A stretch of 64,000 nucleotides of DNA, taken from positions 4,544,001 to 4,608,000 of the forward strand of contig OY843751.1 in NCBI GenBank assembly GCA_963693055.1. The letters run 5' to 3'. The position numbers and the translations under genes were made by a program. The notes under the pieces were generated by a model. That model was given only the letters and a program-made list of their open reading frames with translations, did no database searches and was not told where the DNA came from. The DNA is from a bacterium. GTDB taxonomy: Bacteria; Zhuqueibacterota; Zhuqueibacteria; Residuimicrobiales; Krinioviventaceae. Below, in pieces: positions 1-9,741 of the stretch. How positions within the stretch are numbered: position 1 is the stretch's first letter; each line of letters begins with the position of its first letter.

Positions 1-924
1 TGAAACTAGTTTTTGAAATTCAGACTCATCAAATGCTTTTTCTTCAAAGCCGATTGAAAAAGTCCGCAGTTTATTATTATGCCCTGTTTTTACCAGAGCG
101 GTTGTGATTGAAGAATCAAGCCCACCGCTTAAATAAGCACCAACCGGCACATCAGCCCGAAGACGAATACGTACAGAATCTTCAAGCAAATCCGTCAATT
201 CTTCTGAAGCGCTGTTTACATCCCTTATATAATCGGAATCACTTTCAGGGTAGCTTAACTGCCAATATGGTTTTTGTTCAAAATGGTCTTGAGTGTATTT
301 GATATAATGGCCCGGCTTGACCTCTTGTATATTTTTAAAAATCGAATTACCGGGCAGTGGAGACCAAAAAGTTAAAGTTTGCAGCATGGCCTCAGGATCA
401 ATGGTAAAATCCAGTTCAGGAAACGGCAGAAACAGTTTAATTTCTGATGCAAAATACAATTGATTATCTGCTATTTGATAATGCAAAGGACAAATGCCAA
501 CATGATCACGAGCCAGCATGATAGATTTATGGTTCTTGTCCCAAATGGCAAAAGCAAATTGACCATTCAAATGATCAAACAGTTTTACACCATATTCTTC
601 ATACAGATGCAAAACAACTTCAACATCCGTATGCGTAGTAAATCTATGTCCCTTTGCAATCAACTCTTGTCGTAGTTCAATATAATTAAAGATCTCGCCA
701 TTACACACCAACCAGAGAGAACCATCTTCGTTTCCAATGGGTTGATGCCCGCCTTCAAGGTCGATAATGCTTAGACGGGTTTGTCCCAGCAAAGCATAGT
801 CATCCACATAGACACCACGCCCATCAGGGCCCCGGTGTCCCAACATCCCCAGACTCTTGCGAAATACCGGAAAAGCATTGGGATTCAGTTCGTTTTTATT
901 AAAAACTCCGGCAATACCACACAT
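1..924 (-). CDS. asnB: Asparagine synthase (glutamine-hydrolysing)-family amidotransferase; 5' part only, runs off the window edge; not in ORF track
   Basis: Manual translation from ATG at 924: MCGIAGVF...HRGPDG...RLSIIDLEGGHQP...NGEIFNY...RADVPVGAYLSGGLDSS; frame open to position 1. Confidence 0.92.
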   Translation of the reverse strand, partial: MCGIAGVFNKNELNPNAFPVFRKSLGMLGHRGPDGRGVYVDDYALLGQTRLSIIDLEGGHQPIGNEDGSLWLVCNGEIFNYIELRQELIAKGHRFTTHTDVEVVLHLYEEYGVKLFDHLNGQFAFAIWDKNHKSIMLARDHVGICPLHYQIADNQLYFASEIKLFLPFPELDFTIDPEAMLQTLTFWSPLPGNSIFKNIQEVKPGHYIKYTQDHFEQKPYWQLSYPESDSDYIRDVNSASEELTDLLEDSVRIRLRADVPVGAYLSGGLDSSITTALVKTGHNNKLRTFSIGFEEKAFDESEFQKLVS

Positions 925-1007
925 ATTATAAACCAGTAAATGTCAGGTAATAAAAATTTTATGGCAAGAAGCATTACAAGATAATCAAATCAACAGGAAA
1001 CAGAAAA

Positions 1008-1256
1008 TCAGTTTGCTTTTTTACTTTGTATAAATGAAACAAGTTGATCAACAGTATCCAGATTTTCTGGTATCAATTCATGGTCATCAATATTGATCTT
1101 GAATGTTTCCTCTACAAAAGTTACAAGCTCCAAAACACCCGTAGAATCAATGATCCCGCCTTCAAGAAAAGATTGTTTATCATCTAATTCTTTAGAAAAA
1201 TCATTAAAGAAAAAATTCTCATAAATAAAACTTCTGATTTGTTCTTTCTCAGACAT
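1008..1256 (-). CDS. Acyl carrier protein
   Basis: 82 aa, acidic, GIIDSTGVLELV phosphopantetheine-attachment motif. Confidence 0.9.
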   Translation of the reverse strand: MSEKEQIRSFIYENFFFNDFSKELDDKQSFLEGGIIDSTGVLELVTFVEETFKINIDDHELIPENLDTVDQLVSFIQSKKAN

Positions 1257-1304
1257 TCCGCAATTCCTCTATCTTTATCTACTATCCAAAGAATAACCGT
1301 AAAA

Positions 1305-3158
1305 TTATCTCATCATCGAGCGGCCTTCTTCAATAATTTCTTCAAGTTTACTTTTGAATCCGTTTAGATTTTTTTCCTGAGTAGATGCAATACGAATAAT
1401 ATTGTTAATTTTTCCCTTGAATTCACGAAGGTTAAAACGGTTAGTTGAACGTCGTTTTAAGATGTAGAGATTATCATTTTCACTTTCTAACAGCTCTTCT
1501 TCGTTTTCCCACAACTCTTCAATTATCTTTTCCCCAAATCGAAGTCCGGTATAACTAATATTGATCTTGTCAGCGGAACCATTACCTGCAAGCAGTATTA
1601 ATTCCTTGGCAATTTCGTTGATCTTAATCAACTCACCCATTTTCAGTAAAAAGATCTGACCACCCTCACCCAATGCTGCCGCTTGCAATACAAGCTGAAC
1701 AGCCTCGGGAATTGACATAAAATATCGTTTAACATCAGGATGTGTAACTGTTACAGGCCCGCCCTTACTGATCTGCTCCTGAAACAGCCTGATAACGCTA
1801 CCACTACTACCAATCACATTACCAAAACGCACCGCCATACAACGTGTACTATTTGTATTATCACTTGCCTGAACAACCTGCTCAGCAATACGCTTGGTCA
1901 TTCCCATAAAACTGGTAGGATTAACAGCTTTATCTGTGGAAATGAAGACAAATTTCTTAACATGATGTTGTATACAAACATCGAGCACATTCTTGGTACC
2001 CATTACATTATTTTTAACAGCCTGACTGGGATGCAACTCCATCATGGGTACATGTTTGTAAGCAGCTGCATGAAAAACGAGCTGCGGTTTATGCTTATTA
2101 AAGGCATTATCGGTTTCAATAAAATCTGTAATATCTGCCAATGCAAGCGAATAGTCCAGTTCGGGGTACTTTTCACTCAATTCACGATCAAGATAAAACA
2201 ACCCATTTTCCGAACGATCAAAAGCAACCAGCTTCTCGGGATTAAATTTTGCAATTTGCCTGCAAATTTCCGAGCCTATTGAACCAGCAGCACCGGTAAC
2301 CAACACTCGCTTACCTTCGATATATTTCTGAACCTGATCAAAATTGATCTGGATTTGCTCACGACCAATTAAATCTTCAATCTTGATCTTGCGAATACGA
2401 TCAAAAATTGTCTTCTGGTCCATAGGACCTTCCGGTTTGCTTATAATGCGAAAGGGCTTGCCAGACATACGACAAATCTTGACCAACTCTCTCATATCTT
2501 CACCACGAGCATATGAAAATGCAATAATAATCTCATCCACATTCATGGTCTCTGCAAGATGTAAAATACTCTTGCGGTTTCCCATAACCTTTACACCCAT
2601 AACCGAATGACCCAGTTTTTGGGGATCATCATCAACCAATGCAATTGGATTATATCCCATTTCCCAATTGGATTTCAACTCTTTAATCAAACGACGCGCC
2701 ATAATTCCACCACCAACAACCAGCACGCGTTTAACAGATAATGACTTTTTATAAATAATCTCGTTATACAACCTGACAGCAAAACGGCTGAAACCGGTAA
2801 ACAATATTGCAATCATAAAATCGATAATAAAAACGCTAAAAGGAATTGCATTTTTTAATGTAAAATATAAAATTATTGTTATAGTAATAGAAGATACAAT
2901 ATTAGCTTTACTTAATGCGACAATATCAGGAACACTAGCATCTTTCCATTGCCCTGAAAAAGCTCTGAACAAACTAAAAACAAGAACTTTTACAAGTAAT
3001 AATGCAGGAAGCGTAATTAAAAAAAGATGTAAAGCTTCACTATTCCAGGTATTAAAGAAAATAAGGCCAAAAGCAAAGAAATAAGAAATAACAAAAATCA
3101 CCAGATGTATTATGATATCCAGAGCCACTCTTTTATTGTAATAATTTGCGCTTAACAT
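1305..3158 (-). CDS. CapD/PglF-like nucleoside-diphosphate sugar dehydratase (polysaccharide biosynthesis)
   Basis: N-terminal TM helices, GAAGSIGSE, HAAAYKHVP, STDKAVNP, VRFGNV motifs. Confidence 0.93.
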   Translation of the reverse strand: MLSANYYNKRVALDIIIHLVIFVISYFFAFGLIFFNTWNSEALHLFLITLPALLLVKVLVFSLFRAFSGQWKDASVPDIVALSKANIVSSITITIILYFTLKNAIPFSVFIIDFMIAILFTGFSRFAVRLYNEIIYKKSLSVKRVLVVGGGIMARRLIKELKSNWEMGYNPIALVDDDPQKLGHSVMGVKVMGNRKSILHLAETMNVDEIIIAFSYARGEDMRELVKICRMSGKPFRIISKPEGPMDQKTIFDRIRKIKIEDLIGREQIQINFDQVQKYIEGKRVLVTGAAGSIGSEICRQIAKFNPEKLVAFDRSENGLFYLDRELSEKYPELDYSLALADITDFIETDNAFNKHKPQLVFHAAAYKHVPMMELHPSQAVKNNVMGTKNVLDVCIQHHVKKFVFISTDKAVNPTSFMGMTKRIAEQVVQASDNTNSTRCMAVRFGNVIGSSGSVIRLFQEQISKGGPVTVTHPDVKRYFMSIPEAVQLVLQAAALGEGGQIFLLKMGELIKINEIAKELILLAGNGSADKINISYTGLRFGEKIIEELWENEEELLESENDNLYILKRRSTNRFNLREFKGKINNIIRIASTQEKNLNGFKSKLEEIIEEGRSMMR

Positions 3159-3195
3159 CTATTGTTCCTGTATTTTAGTTTTTATCAAGTGTGAA

Positions 3196-5571
3196 CTATT
3201 TTAGTGCTTTACTTTCATTAAAGTATGAATAATAATAAGATGTATAACTTTCCTTAGGATTAAGATAATTGACAATCAAACCAGAAATCTTTGTATTTGA
3301 TTTTTTCAACAAACTCTTTGCTTTTTGTAATTCTTTTTGCGAGGTACTACCGGCCTTGATAACCAAAACAGCACCATCAACTATTGATCCCAGTATACCT
3401 GCATCTGTTACAACATTGATTGGAGGTGTATCCAGGAAAATCACATCATAAATATTGTTTAATTCGAAAAGTAAATTCTTCATTGCGCGTGACCCCAAAA
3501 CTTCTGATGGATATTTGGGGATCTCTCCACAAGGAAGCAAGTCTAAATTATCAATACCTGTCTCTACAATAGATGAATTAAAAGGAAACTGGGATTTCAT
3601 TTCTGTACCTGAACTACCATTATCCCTATTTTCAGGTATAGACACTTGCATATCATCCATTGGTTTTCCATGAATTTCATCATCAAAATCAAATATTTCC
3701 GGCATACCAATCAATTTCTTTGAAGGTTCCTCATCTACAATTCGACGAGGCACTCGCACACTTTTTTCGACTTTGACATTTTTACTATTAATAATCAATT
3801 CTGCTAAACCTGGCTTTAACTCTCTTTCAAATACGTGATGTAACACAGGTTTGCGGAGATCAGCATCAATCAATAATGTTTTGAGCCCCATTTGTGCAGT
3901 AGTAACAGCCATATTTGAAGAAATAAAAGACTTGCCCTCATTGGGATTACTACTGGTCACCAAAATGATCCGCATTGCAGAATCAAAATCTGAGATATTT
4001 AAATTCGTTCTAATAGACCGAAACGCCTCAGATTCAGGAGATTGCGGGTCCAGCAATGTAATCAAATCTTCTTTGGATTGTTCCGGCAGCTTTCTAATTC
4101 TTTTATTCAACCACTTTCCAGGACGTTTGTACAAGGGTGTTCTAATTTCGGGAATGGACCCGATCAAATTCAACTCAGACACACGCTCAGCATCTTCGGC
4201 TTTTTTTATCTTGTCATCAAAAAACTCTAACGCAAGTGCAAGCCCAACACCACAAGACATACCCAGCATAAATCCAACAATCAGGTTAAGCATTTTTCTA
4301 GGACGAATGGGATTATCTGGCAAAATTGCTTTATCAATGATACGAATATTACCGGAAATTTCAGCTTCAGCAATTTTGGCTTCTTCCCTCTTGGAAAGCA
4401 GCATAGTATATATCTCTTCACTTACGGCTTTATCACGCATCAACTGAGCAAGGCGCAATTCCTTTGCAGGCATGGTATTTAAATTTTTCTCGTAATTGGA
4501 AATGACATCATCCAAGGCTTTTTGCTGAGCTTCGTAAGCTTTGATATCTATGTCAAGCGTAATAGACTCTTCCAGTAAACGCTGTATTTCAGAAAGAGGA
4601 TCGATCGTGTTTTCACCTGAAGCAATACGTAATGTTTCGTCACGAAGATTATCACTAATCTCATTAATCTGCGTTCTCAACTCTACCATTTTCGGGTGGT
4701 CCGCAGGATAATCTTGCACACTTAATCTTGTATATTGGTCTTCAAGATTTATCAACTCTTCACGCATTCTTTGTGCGCGCGTTGAAGTAGTTTTAGTAAC
4801 TGCCGGAACTAAATCCTTACGTTCTTCTGCCAATCTTTGCGTTATAAAGCTTTGTCTTTCTTGTGCAGCATTCAAATTAGTAATGGTTTGATTCAACAAA
4901 TTTTCAGCTTCGGTAATACGCCTCAAGATCTCGCTACCCTGCTGGCTGATTTCGGTCAATTTATTTTTTTCTTTAAACTCTCGCATCCGCAACTCTGCAT
5001 CATCCAGATCTCGCTTGTATCGCTGCAAATTATCATTTATTATTGACCGCACATTACTGGCTTCCTGACCAATAACTTCAAGGTTTCGCTCTACCAATAC
5101 ATCTGCAATACGGTTTGCAATAAACATTGCCGCCAAAGGAGATTCTGTATTGACTTCAATATTAATAACATCAGACCCCTGAACTGAACTGGCAACAATT
5201 CCCTCTTTAATCAGACCTACAAGATACTCTTTTTCATTAAAATTAGGTCCCGCATCAATAGGATATGTAAATTCTGCTTTAATGCTGTCTGGCAATGTTA
5301 ATACAACATCCCTAGCCATTGAACGACTTTGAATTTCTTCAATTTGATTAATAATAATATTTTCAGAGGTTACAGCATAAGATTCTGTAATCTGTCGGCC
5401 CCCTTTTGATTGATCAAATACAATCTTGGTTTTGGCCGAATAGACCGGTGTTGAATATTTGTTCAACATATACACCGGCACAAGGAATAATAATAGGGAA
5501 GCCAGAACAACCAGCTTTTTCCTTAATATTATATGTAAAATCCTTCGAAGATCTATTTCATTAGAGTTCAT
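3196..5571 (-). CDS. wzc: Polysaccharide chain-length determinant / tyrosine autokinase (Wzc/GumC family)
   Basis: Two TM segments around a coiled-coil region, Walker A SSNPNEGKS, LIDADLRKP, DTPP, C-terminal Tyr cluster SYTSYYYSY; start moved to MNSNEIDL (5571) to avoid overlap with the upstream gene. Confidence 0.92.
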   Translation of the reverse strand: MNSNEIDLRRILHIILRKKLVVLASLLLFLVPVYMLNKYSTPVYSAKTKIVFDQSKGGRQITESYAVTSENIIINQIEEIQSRSMARDVVLTLPDSIKAEFTYPIDAGPNFNEKEYLVGLIKEGIVASSVQGSDVINIEVNTESPLAAMFIANRIADVLVERNLEVIGQEASNVRSIINDNLQRYKRDLDDAELRMREFKEKNKLTEISQQGSEILRRITEAENLLNQTITNLNAAQERQSFITQRLAEERKDLVPAVTKTTSTRAQRMREELINLEDQYTRLSVQDYPADHPKMVELRTQINEISDNLRDETLRIASGENTIDPLSEIQRLLEESITLDIDIKAYEAQQKALDDVISNYEKNLNTMPAKELRLAQLMRDKAVSEEIYTMLLSKREEAKIAEAEISGNIRIIDKAILPDNPIRPRKMLNLIVGFMLGMSCGVGLALALEFFDDKIKKAEDAERVSELNLIGSIPEIRTPLYKRPGKWLNKRIRKLPEQSKEDLITLLDPQSPESEAFRSIRTNLNISDFDSAMRIILVTSSNPNEGKSFISSNMAVTTAQMGLKTLLIDADLRKPVLHHVFERELKPGLAELIINSKNVKVEKSVRVPRRIVDEEPSKKLIGMPEIFDFDDEIHGKPMDDMQVSIPENRDNGSSGTEMKSQFPFNSSIVETGIDNLDLLPCGEIPKYPSEVLGSRAMKNLLFELNNIYDVIFLDTPPINVVTDAGILGSIVDGAVLVIKAGSTSQKELQKAKSLLKKSNTKISGLIVNYLNPKESYTSYYYSYFNESKALK

Positions 5572-5590
5572 AATATACCCTGAATTAAAA

Positions 5591-6112
5591 TTAATTCCGG
5601 TTCCAGTACCAATAAACCTGTGCAACAATTGCCAACTGCGAAACTACACGAATTACCGTTTGCCATCTAAACCAATTATTCTTCCCTACCTGAACAACAT
5701 CGCCAGGTTGCAATGTTGGCAGCAATTGCTCAAATTCCTGGCTTTCCAGAATTTTGTGCAAATTAATTTTGACAATTCTTTTTTGGGCCGCCTGATTCAT
5801 CATAATATTACGGTACGTTTCCCGCTCTATGGGACCAGTGGAACTTGTAATACTCAACAAGCCTCTTGTTATTTTAACATTTTTCAAGTTTGAATATTCC
5901 GTTGGACCACCTGCTTTTGAAATCAATTCAAGTAAATCAGTCTTGTCTGAAACGGTGTATTCTCCAGGAATTCTCACTTCACCCCAAATATGGACAGTGA
6001 ATTGAAGCTTCCCATCATCGCCAATGATATATTCATTTTTTTTAACGACACTTTGACTAAAAAGCCAAAAAGGTACGAGTACAAACACTAAAACAAGTAT
6101 TACATTCTTCAT
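5591..6112 (-). CDS. SLBB-domain polysaccharide export protein (Wza-like)
   Basis: Signal peptide, VHIWGEVRIPGEY...LISKAGG...LQPGDVV SLBB pattern; first gene of the EPS operon. Confidence 0.8.
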   Translation of the reverse strand: MKNVILVLVFVLVPFWLFSQSVVKKNEYIIGDDGKLQFTVHIWGEVRIPGEYTVSDKTDLLELISKAGGPTEYSNLKNVKITRGLLSITSSTGPIERETYRNIMMNQAAQKRIVKINLHKILESQEFEQLLPTLQPGDVVQVGKNNWFRWQTVIRVVSQLAIVAQVYWYWNRN

Positions 6113-6203
6113 AATAATTCTTTATTTTAAAATTAAATAAATATTTCAATATTAATATATATGAACTCTACCCCAAAGACCATAATCTGCACGATTACAA
6201 TTT

Positions 6204-6219
6204 TGCAATTAGCGTGCCA
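6204..6219 (-). promoter_or_regulatory. Sigma54 (-24/-12) promoter of the EPS operon
   Basis: Minus strand TGGCAC-GCTAA-TTGCA, an exact match to TGGCAC-N5-TTGC, ~90 bp upstream of the start at 6112. Confidence 0.8.
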
Positions 6220-6389
6220 AATTCCCGGAAGCATTATAATTTGTCAAAGAATACAACATCTTTTTTTTATTTTGTATTCCCTAACATGGCATACTAAACC
6301 ACTTGAATTGTAAAAATTTTGCTCAACAGTGTCAAGTTTTTTCCTGGAAATTTTAGAAATGAAAGCCCCCTGAAATTTTACTACATCAC

Positions 6390-7889
6390 TTAATACTTGT
6401 TCATCTTGAACTGATCAAGTAAACTGATTTGGTTTTCAAAATCATAATATGTATTAGTCATCAAAGACAGCAATGATCTTCTAAACCCCAGGTATGCATC
6501 GAGAAAATTCAATTCTGTATCGGTTTGCCTTGATATATTTTGCAACAAGTCTTGCAATGAAATCTTGCCTTTTTGATACATAACTATACTCTGATCAGTA
6601 ATTTCTATCGCCATATCCAAATTTTCTTGCATATTTAACGCTCTTGTTTGATATTCTTCCAAATTTGATATGGCATTTTTAATTTCAGACTCGATTCTTG
6701 TCTTAGTTTCTTCTTTGTAAAGGTCAACACTCTTTATATCAAGCTTGTATGCTTCAATCCTTGCCTTTCTCTGCCCCCAGTCCCATAACGGGATATATGC
6801 TGTCAAGGTAACAGAATTACTATTTTCACTATCTTCCCACAGATATTGATATGTTTCATCCTGTTTTTCAATTCCATAAGTCATTTCAAGGTTCATACTA
6901 AAGGAATTCCAGCCCTTTACATTTTCAAGATCAATTTCATCTCTTCGTCGGCTATTGTCCAAACTACGCATACTCGGGCGTAAAGTTAAACCATATTGAG
7001 TTGCCTGGTCTAAATCCACCTCAATTGGGGTAATTTTTACCACCGGATTGATAAAAATATCATCTTCTGTATCAATACGCAAAGTTTGTTTTAAGCGGGC
7101 TGTTGCAAGGCGTAGCTCACTTTTATTTTGCAACATCCTTTCTTCGGCATTGGCTAATTCTACCTGTACCTGAATAGCCTCGATTGACCGTGTAGTATCC
7201 TCTCTGGAAACACGATCAACGAATCCTGTTACACGTTTCAAATTTTGAATTTTATGGTCGAATATAATACTTAGATAAGTTAATCGAAATAAATTATAAT
7301 AAGAATCTGCTATAGTATTCAAATAACTAACCTGATCGGTAAGAAAGTTTAACTCTTGCCTTTGCAGATTCAACTCTGCTTGCTCAATATTATTTTTTAA
7401 TGTATTGGGTTTAAAAAATGGCTGTTCAAATTTAACAAAATAGCGATTATAATAACTCACATCCTGCTCACCTTCATCCATCTGAATATAACGATACATT
7501 GTATTATTCAGAGATAAATATCCATTTGTCGGATACCCCAATAAAATTACGGGTTGGCGAATGGATAAATCCATTTGAACTTTTTGGGTGTTTTGACGAA
7601 TCATTTCATCGCGCTGAAGTGTAGAATTCCATTTATATTCAGATAAATTACTAAACTCTGGTGCTGTAAGATTCATATAAACTGAGGATTTTAACCCAGC
7701 ACGCTCTGCCTTTAACCAATAGCGAGTACGATCAATTCCGAGTTTGAGTTGTCGGATTCGATAGCTGTTATCCATAGCAATTCTTACAGCAGAATGTAAT
7801 GTTAACTCTATTGTTCTTTCTTTAGGCAGCACAGGTGCGGTAATGGCAAGTATACATAAAAAAATTGAAATCTTGGATACTCTGTTCAA
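6390..7889 (-). CDS. TolC-family outer membrane efflux protein
   Basis: Signal peptide, LTLHSAVRIAMDNS start, two helical repeats, IPLWDWGQRKA motif. Confidence 0.85.
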   Translation of the reverse strand: MNRVSKISIFLCILAITAPVLPKERTIELTLHSAVRIAMDNSYRIRQLKLGIDRTRYWLKAERAGLKSSVYMNLTAPEFSNLSEYKWNSTLQRDEMIRQNTQKVQMDLSIRQPVILLGYPTNGYLSLNNTMYRYIQMDEGEQDVSYYNRYFVKFEQPFFKPNTLKNNIEQAELNLQRQELNFLTDQVSYLNTIADSYYNLFRLTYLSIIFDHKIQNLKRVTGFVDRVSREDTTRSIEAIQVQVELANAEERMLQNKSELRLATARLKQTLRIDTEDDIFINPVVKITPIEVDLDQATQYGLTLRPSMRSLDNSRRRDEIDLENVKGWNSFSMNLEMTYGIEKQDETYQYLWEDSENSNSVTLTAYIPLWDWGQRKARIEAYKLDIKSVDLYKEETKTRIESEIKNAISNLEEYQTRALNMQENLDMAIEITDQSIVMYQKGKISLQDLLQNISRQTDTELNFLDAYLGFRRSLLSLMTNTYYDFENQISLLDQFKMNKY

Positions 7890-7935
7890 TGGTTCTCCAG
7901 TAGCGTTACATAAATTAATACAACATTTTATAATA

Positions 7936-8937
7936 TCATCGGACCGTTTTCATATATTTCAAATATTCTTTTCGGGTTACCAGTCCAACATACTCTTTAT
8001 ATATACCCCCATTATGTCCGGCATCATAAACACGAACGGCTATTACATTTTCTTCTTCTTTTCGAATAAAGTCCGGAGGGACAAAATAAGCCCTCAACTC
8101 TTTTTTCATATTCTCAATAGTAGCTGGCTTTCCATCTTGCGGAAATTTTCCTGTCAGTCCAATCAGATGTCCATTAAAATAAACCTGATCAATATCATTG
8201 ACTTTACCTAGCAACAAAATTAATTTTTCATCAGCATACTTTTGATCTATCTTGAAACGTTTTCTATACCAAGCAATACCATCCAGGTTGGGATATCCCT
8301 GATCTTCCCAATATGCCGGTACCTTGATTATATCCCAAGCAGACTCGTCAAAATTTGGATCTTTCCATGCGAGACTATCACCATGCTTGAACCACCAAAG
8401 CCCTGTTAAATCCAAAACCAATTTTACCACATCAATTCTTGAATACAACCCGACTTCACCGGTATATATTCCACCAACACCTTGCTTGTCATAAACACGA
8501 ACCGAAATGATATTCTCACTGCCATACTTTAATGCTATCCGCGGTATTTTATAAATACGGTTATTATCAAAAGCAGACTTGTAATCAGGAGGTAGTTGTC
8601 CCATACCTCCAATATAATGACCGTTCAAGTAAACCATATCTACATCATCTATTCGGCCCAACTTGACGTATAATACTTTATTTTTCAGACCCCGGTTTAC
8701 AGAAAAACGTATTCGGTACCATGCAAATCCATCATAACCAGGAAAGCCTTCATTTTCCCAGCTATCAGGTACAACTATTTTCTCCCACTGTTCATCATTA
8801 TAATTAGGGCTGGCATATTCTTCACGATCACCAATTTCAAAACGCCATTCACCTTCTAAAGATAATTCTTTTTCAAGTTGCATAGCGTGATTTTCAGCAC
8901 AAAACAATAAAATTATAATTAAAACAAACTTCCGCAT
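7936..8937 (-). CDS. Secreted protein with two beta-galactosidase-type jelly-roll (sugar-binding) domains and no catalytic domain
   Basis: Signal peptide; internal duplication (LEGEWRF..VPDSWE..DGFAWYR..LGRIDDVD / LTGLWWF..VPAYWE..DGIAWYR..LGKVNDID). Confidence 0.75.
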   Translation of the reverse strand: MRKFVLIIILLFCAENHAMQLEKELSLEGEWRFEIGDREEYASPNYNDEQWEKIVVPDSWENEGFPGYDGFAWYRIRFSVNRGLKNKVLYVKLGRIDDVDMVYLNGHYIGGMGQLPPDYKSAFDNNRIYKIPRIALKYGSENIISVRVYDKQGVGGIYTGEVGLYSRIDVVKLVLDLTGLWWFKHGDSLAWKDPNFDESAWDIIKVPAYWEDQGYPNLDGIAWYRKRFKIDQKYADEKLILLLGKVNDIDQVYFNGHLIGLTGKFPQDGKPATIENMKKELRAYFVPPDFIRKEEENVIAVRVYDAGHNGGIYKEYVGLVTRKEYLKYMKTVR

Positions 8938-8990
8938 CTAAATCCCAAAACTTGGTATATAGGAAATTAACACAATATAAAGGTAAAAAG

Positions 8991-9027
8991 TGTTAATTGG
9001 GTGTCAAAAAGTGTAAAAAAATGTAAA
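8991..9027 (-). promoter_or_regulatory. Direct-repeat array, putative OmpR/CpxR-type response regulator binding site and promoter
   Basis: TGTTAA, TGTCAA, TGTAAA, TGTAAA (+ strand) at 8991, 9002, 9012, 9022, a 10-11 bp period; includes GTAAA-N5-GTAAA. Confidence 0.55.
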
Positions 9028-9045
9028 ACCAGAATTAACCCGCTT

Positions 9046-9741
9046 CTATTCAATAAACTTGTAACCAATTCCATACACAGTCAGGATGTGTTTAGGATTT
9101 ACGGGGTCAATTTCAATTTTTTTACGCAGCTTGACAATATGGTTATCAACAGTTCGTGAGGTTGGAAAATAATCATACCCCCATACATCATCCAACAACT
9201 TATCTCTGCTGATTGTTTGCCCTTCATGTTCCAAAAAATATTTTAGAATCTCAAACTCTTTAAAAGTCAGCTCAACTTTACCATTATCGTCATATGCTGA
9301 ATAATGATCGAAATCAACTTTGATTTTTCCAAAAGTATGATATTTGCCCTCTCCACCAGCTTCCTCTGGAGTGCGACGCAAAACTGCTTTAACCCGAGCC
9401 AGTAACTCACGTACACTAAAAGGTTTGGTTATATAGTCATCTGCACCCAGTTCTAACCCCAAAACCTTATCAATCTCCTGTCCTCTTGCTGTAAGCATTA
9501 TAATAGGGATCTTAATTCCTTTACCACGCAGTTCTTTACAAACATCAAAACCGGACTTTTTGGGCAGCATTACATCTAGGATAATTAACTGCGGCTTGCC
9601 CTCAACCGCAAGTTGCGAGCCTTTTTCACCATCTTCCGCTATAATTACTTCATGACCATCGAACTCAAAATTATCTTTTAACCCCTGGGCCATTTCAAGC
9701 TCATCTTCAACTATGAGAATTCGCGCCATTTTTTTCTCCAT
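9046..9741 (-). CDS. OmpR/PhoB-family response regulator
   Basis: Receiver domain (ILIVEDE, LDVMLP, GADDYITKPF) plus winged helix (RTVDNHIVKLRKKIE, VYGIGYKF). Confidence 0.95.
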   Translation of the reverse strand: MEKKMARILIVEDELEMAQGLKDNFEFDGHEVIIAEDGEKGSQLAVEGKPQLIILDVMLPKKSGFDVCKELRGKGIKIPIIMLTARGQEIDKVLGLELGADDYITKPFSVRELLARVKAVLRRTPEEAGGEGKYHTFGKIKVDFDHYSAYDDNGKVELTFKEFEILKYFLEHEGQTISRDKLLDDVWGYDYFPTSRTVDNHIVKLRKKIEIDPVNPKHILTVYGIGYKFIE

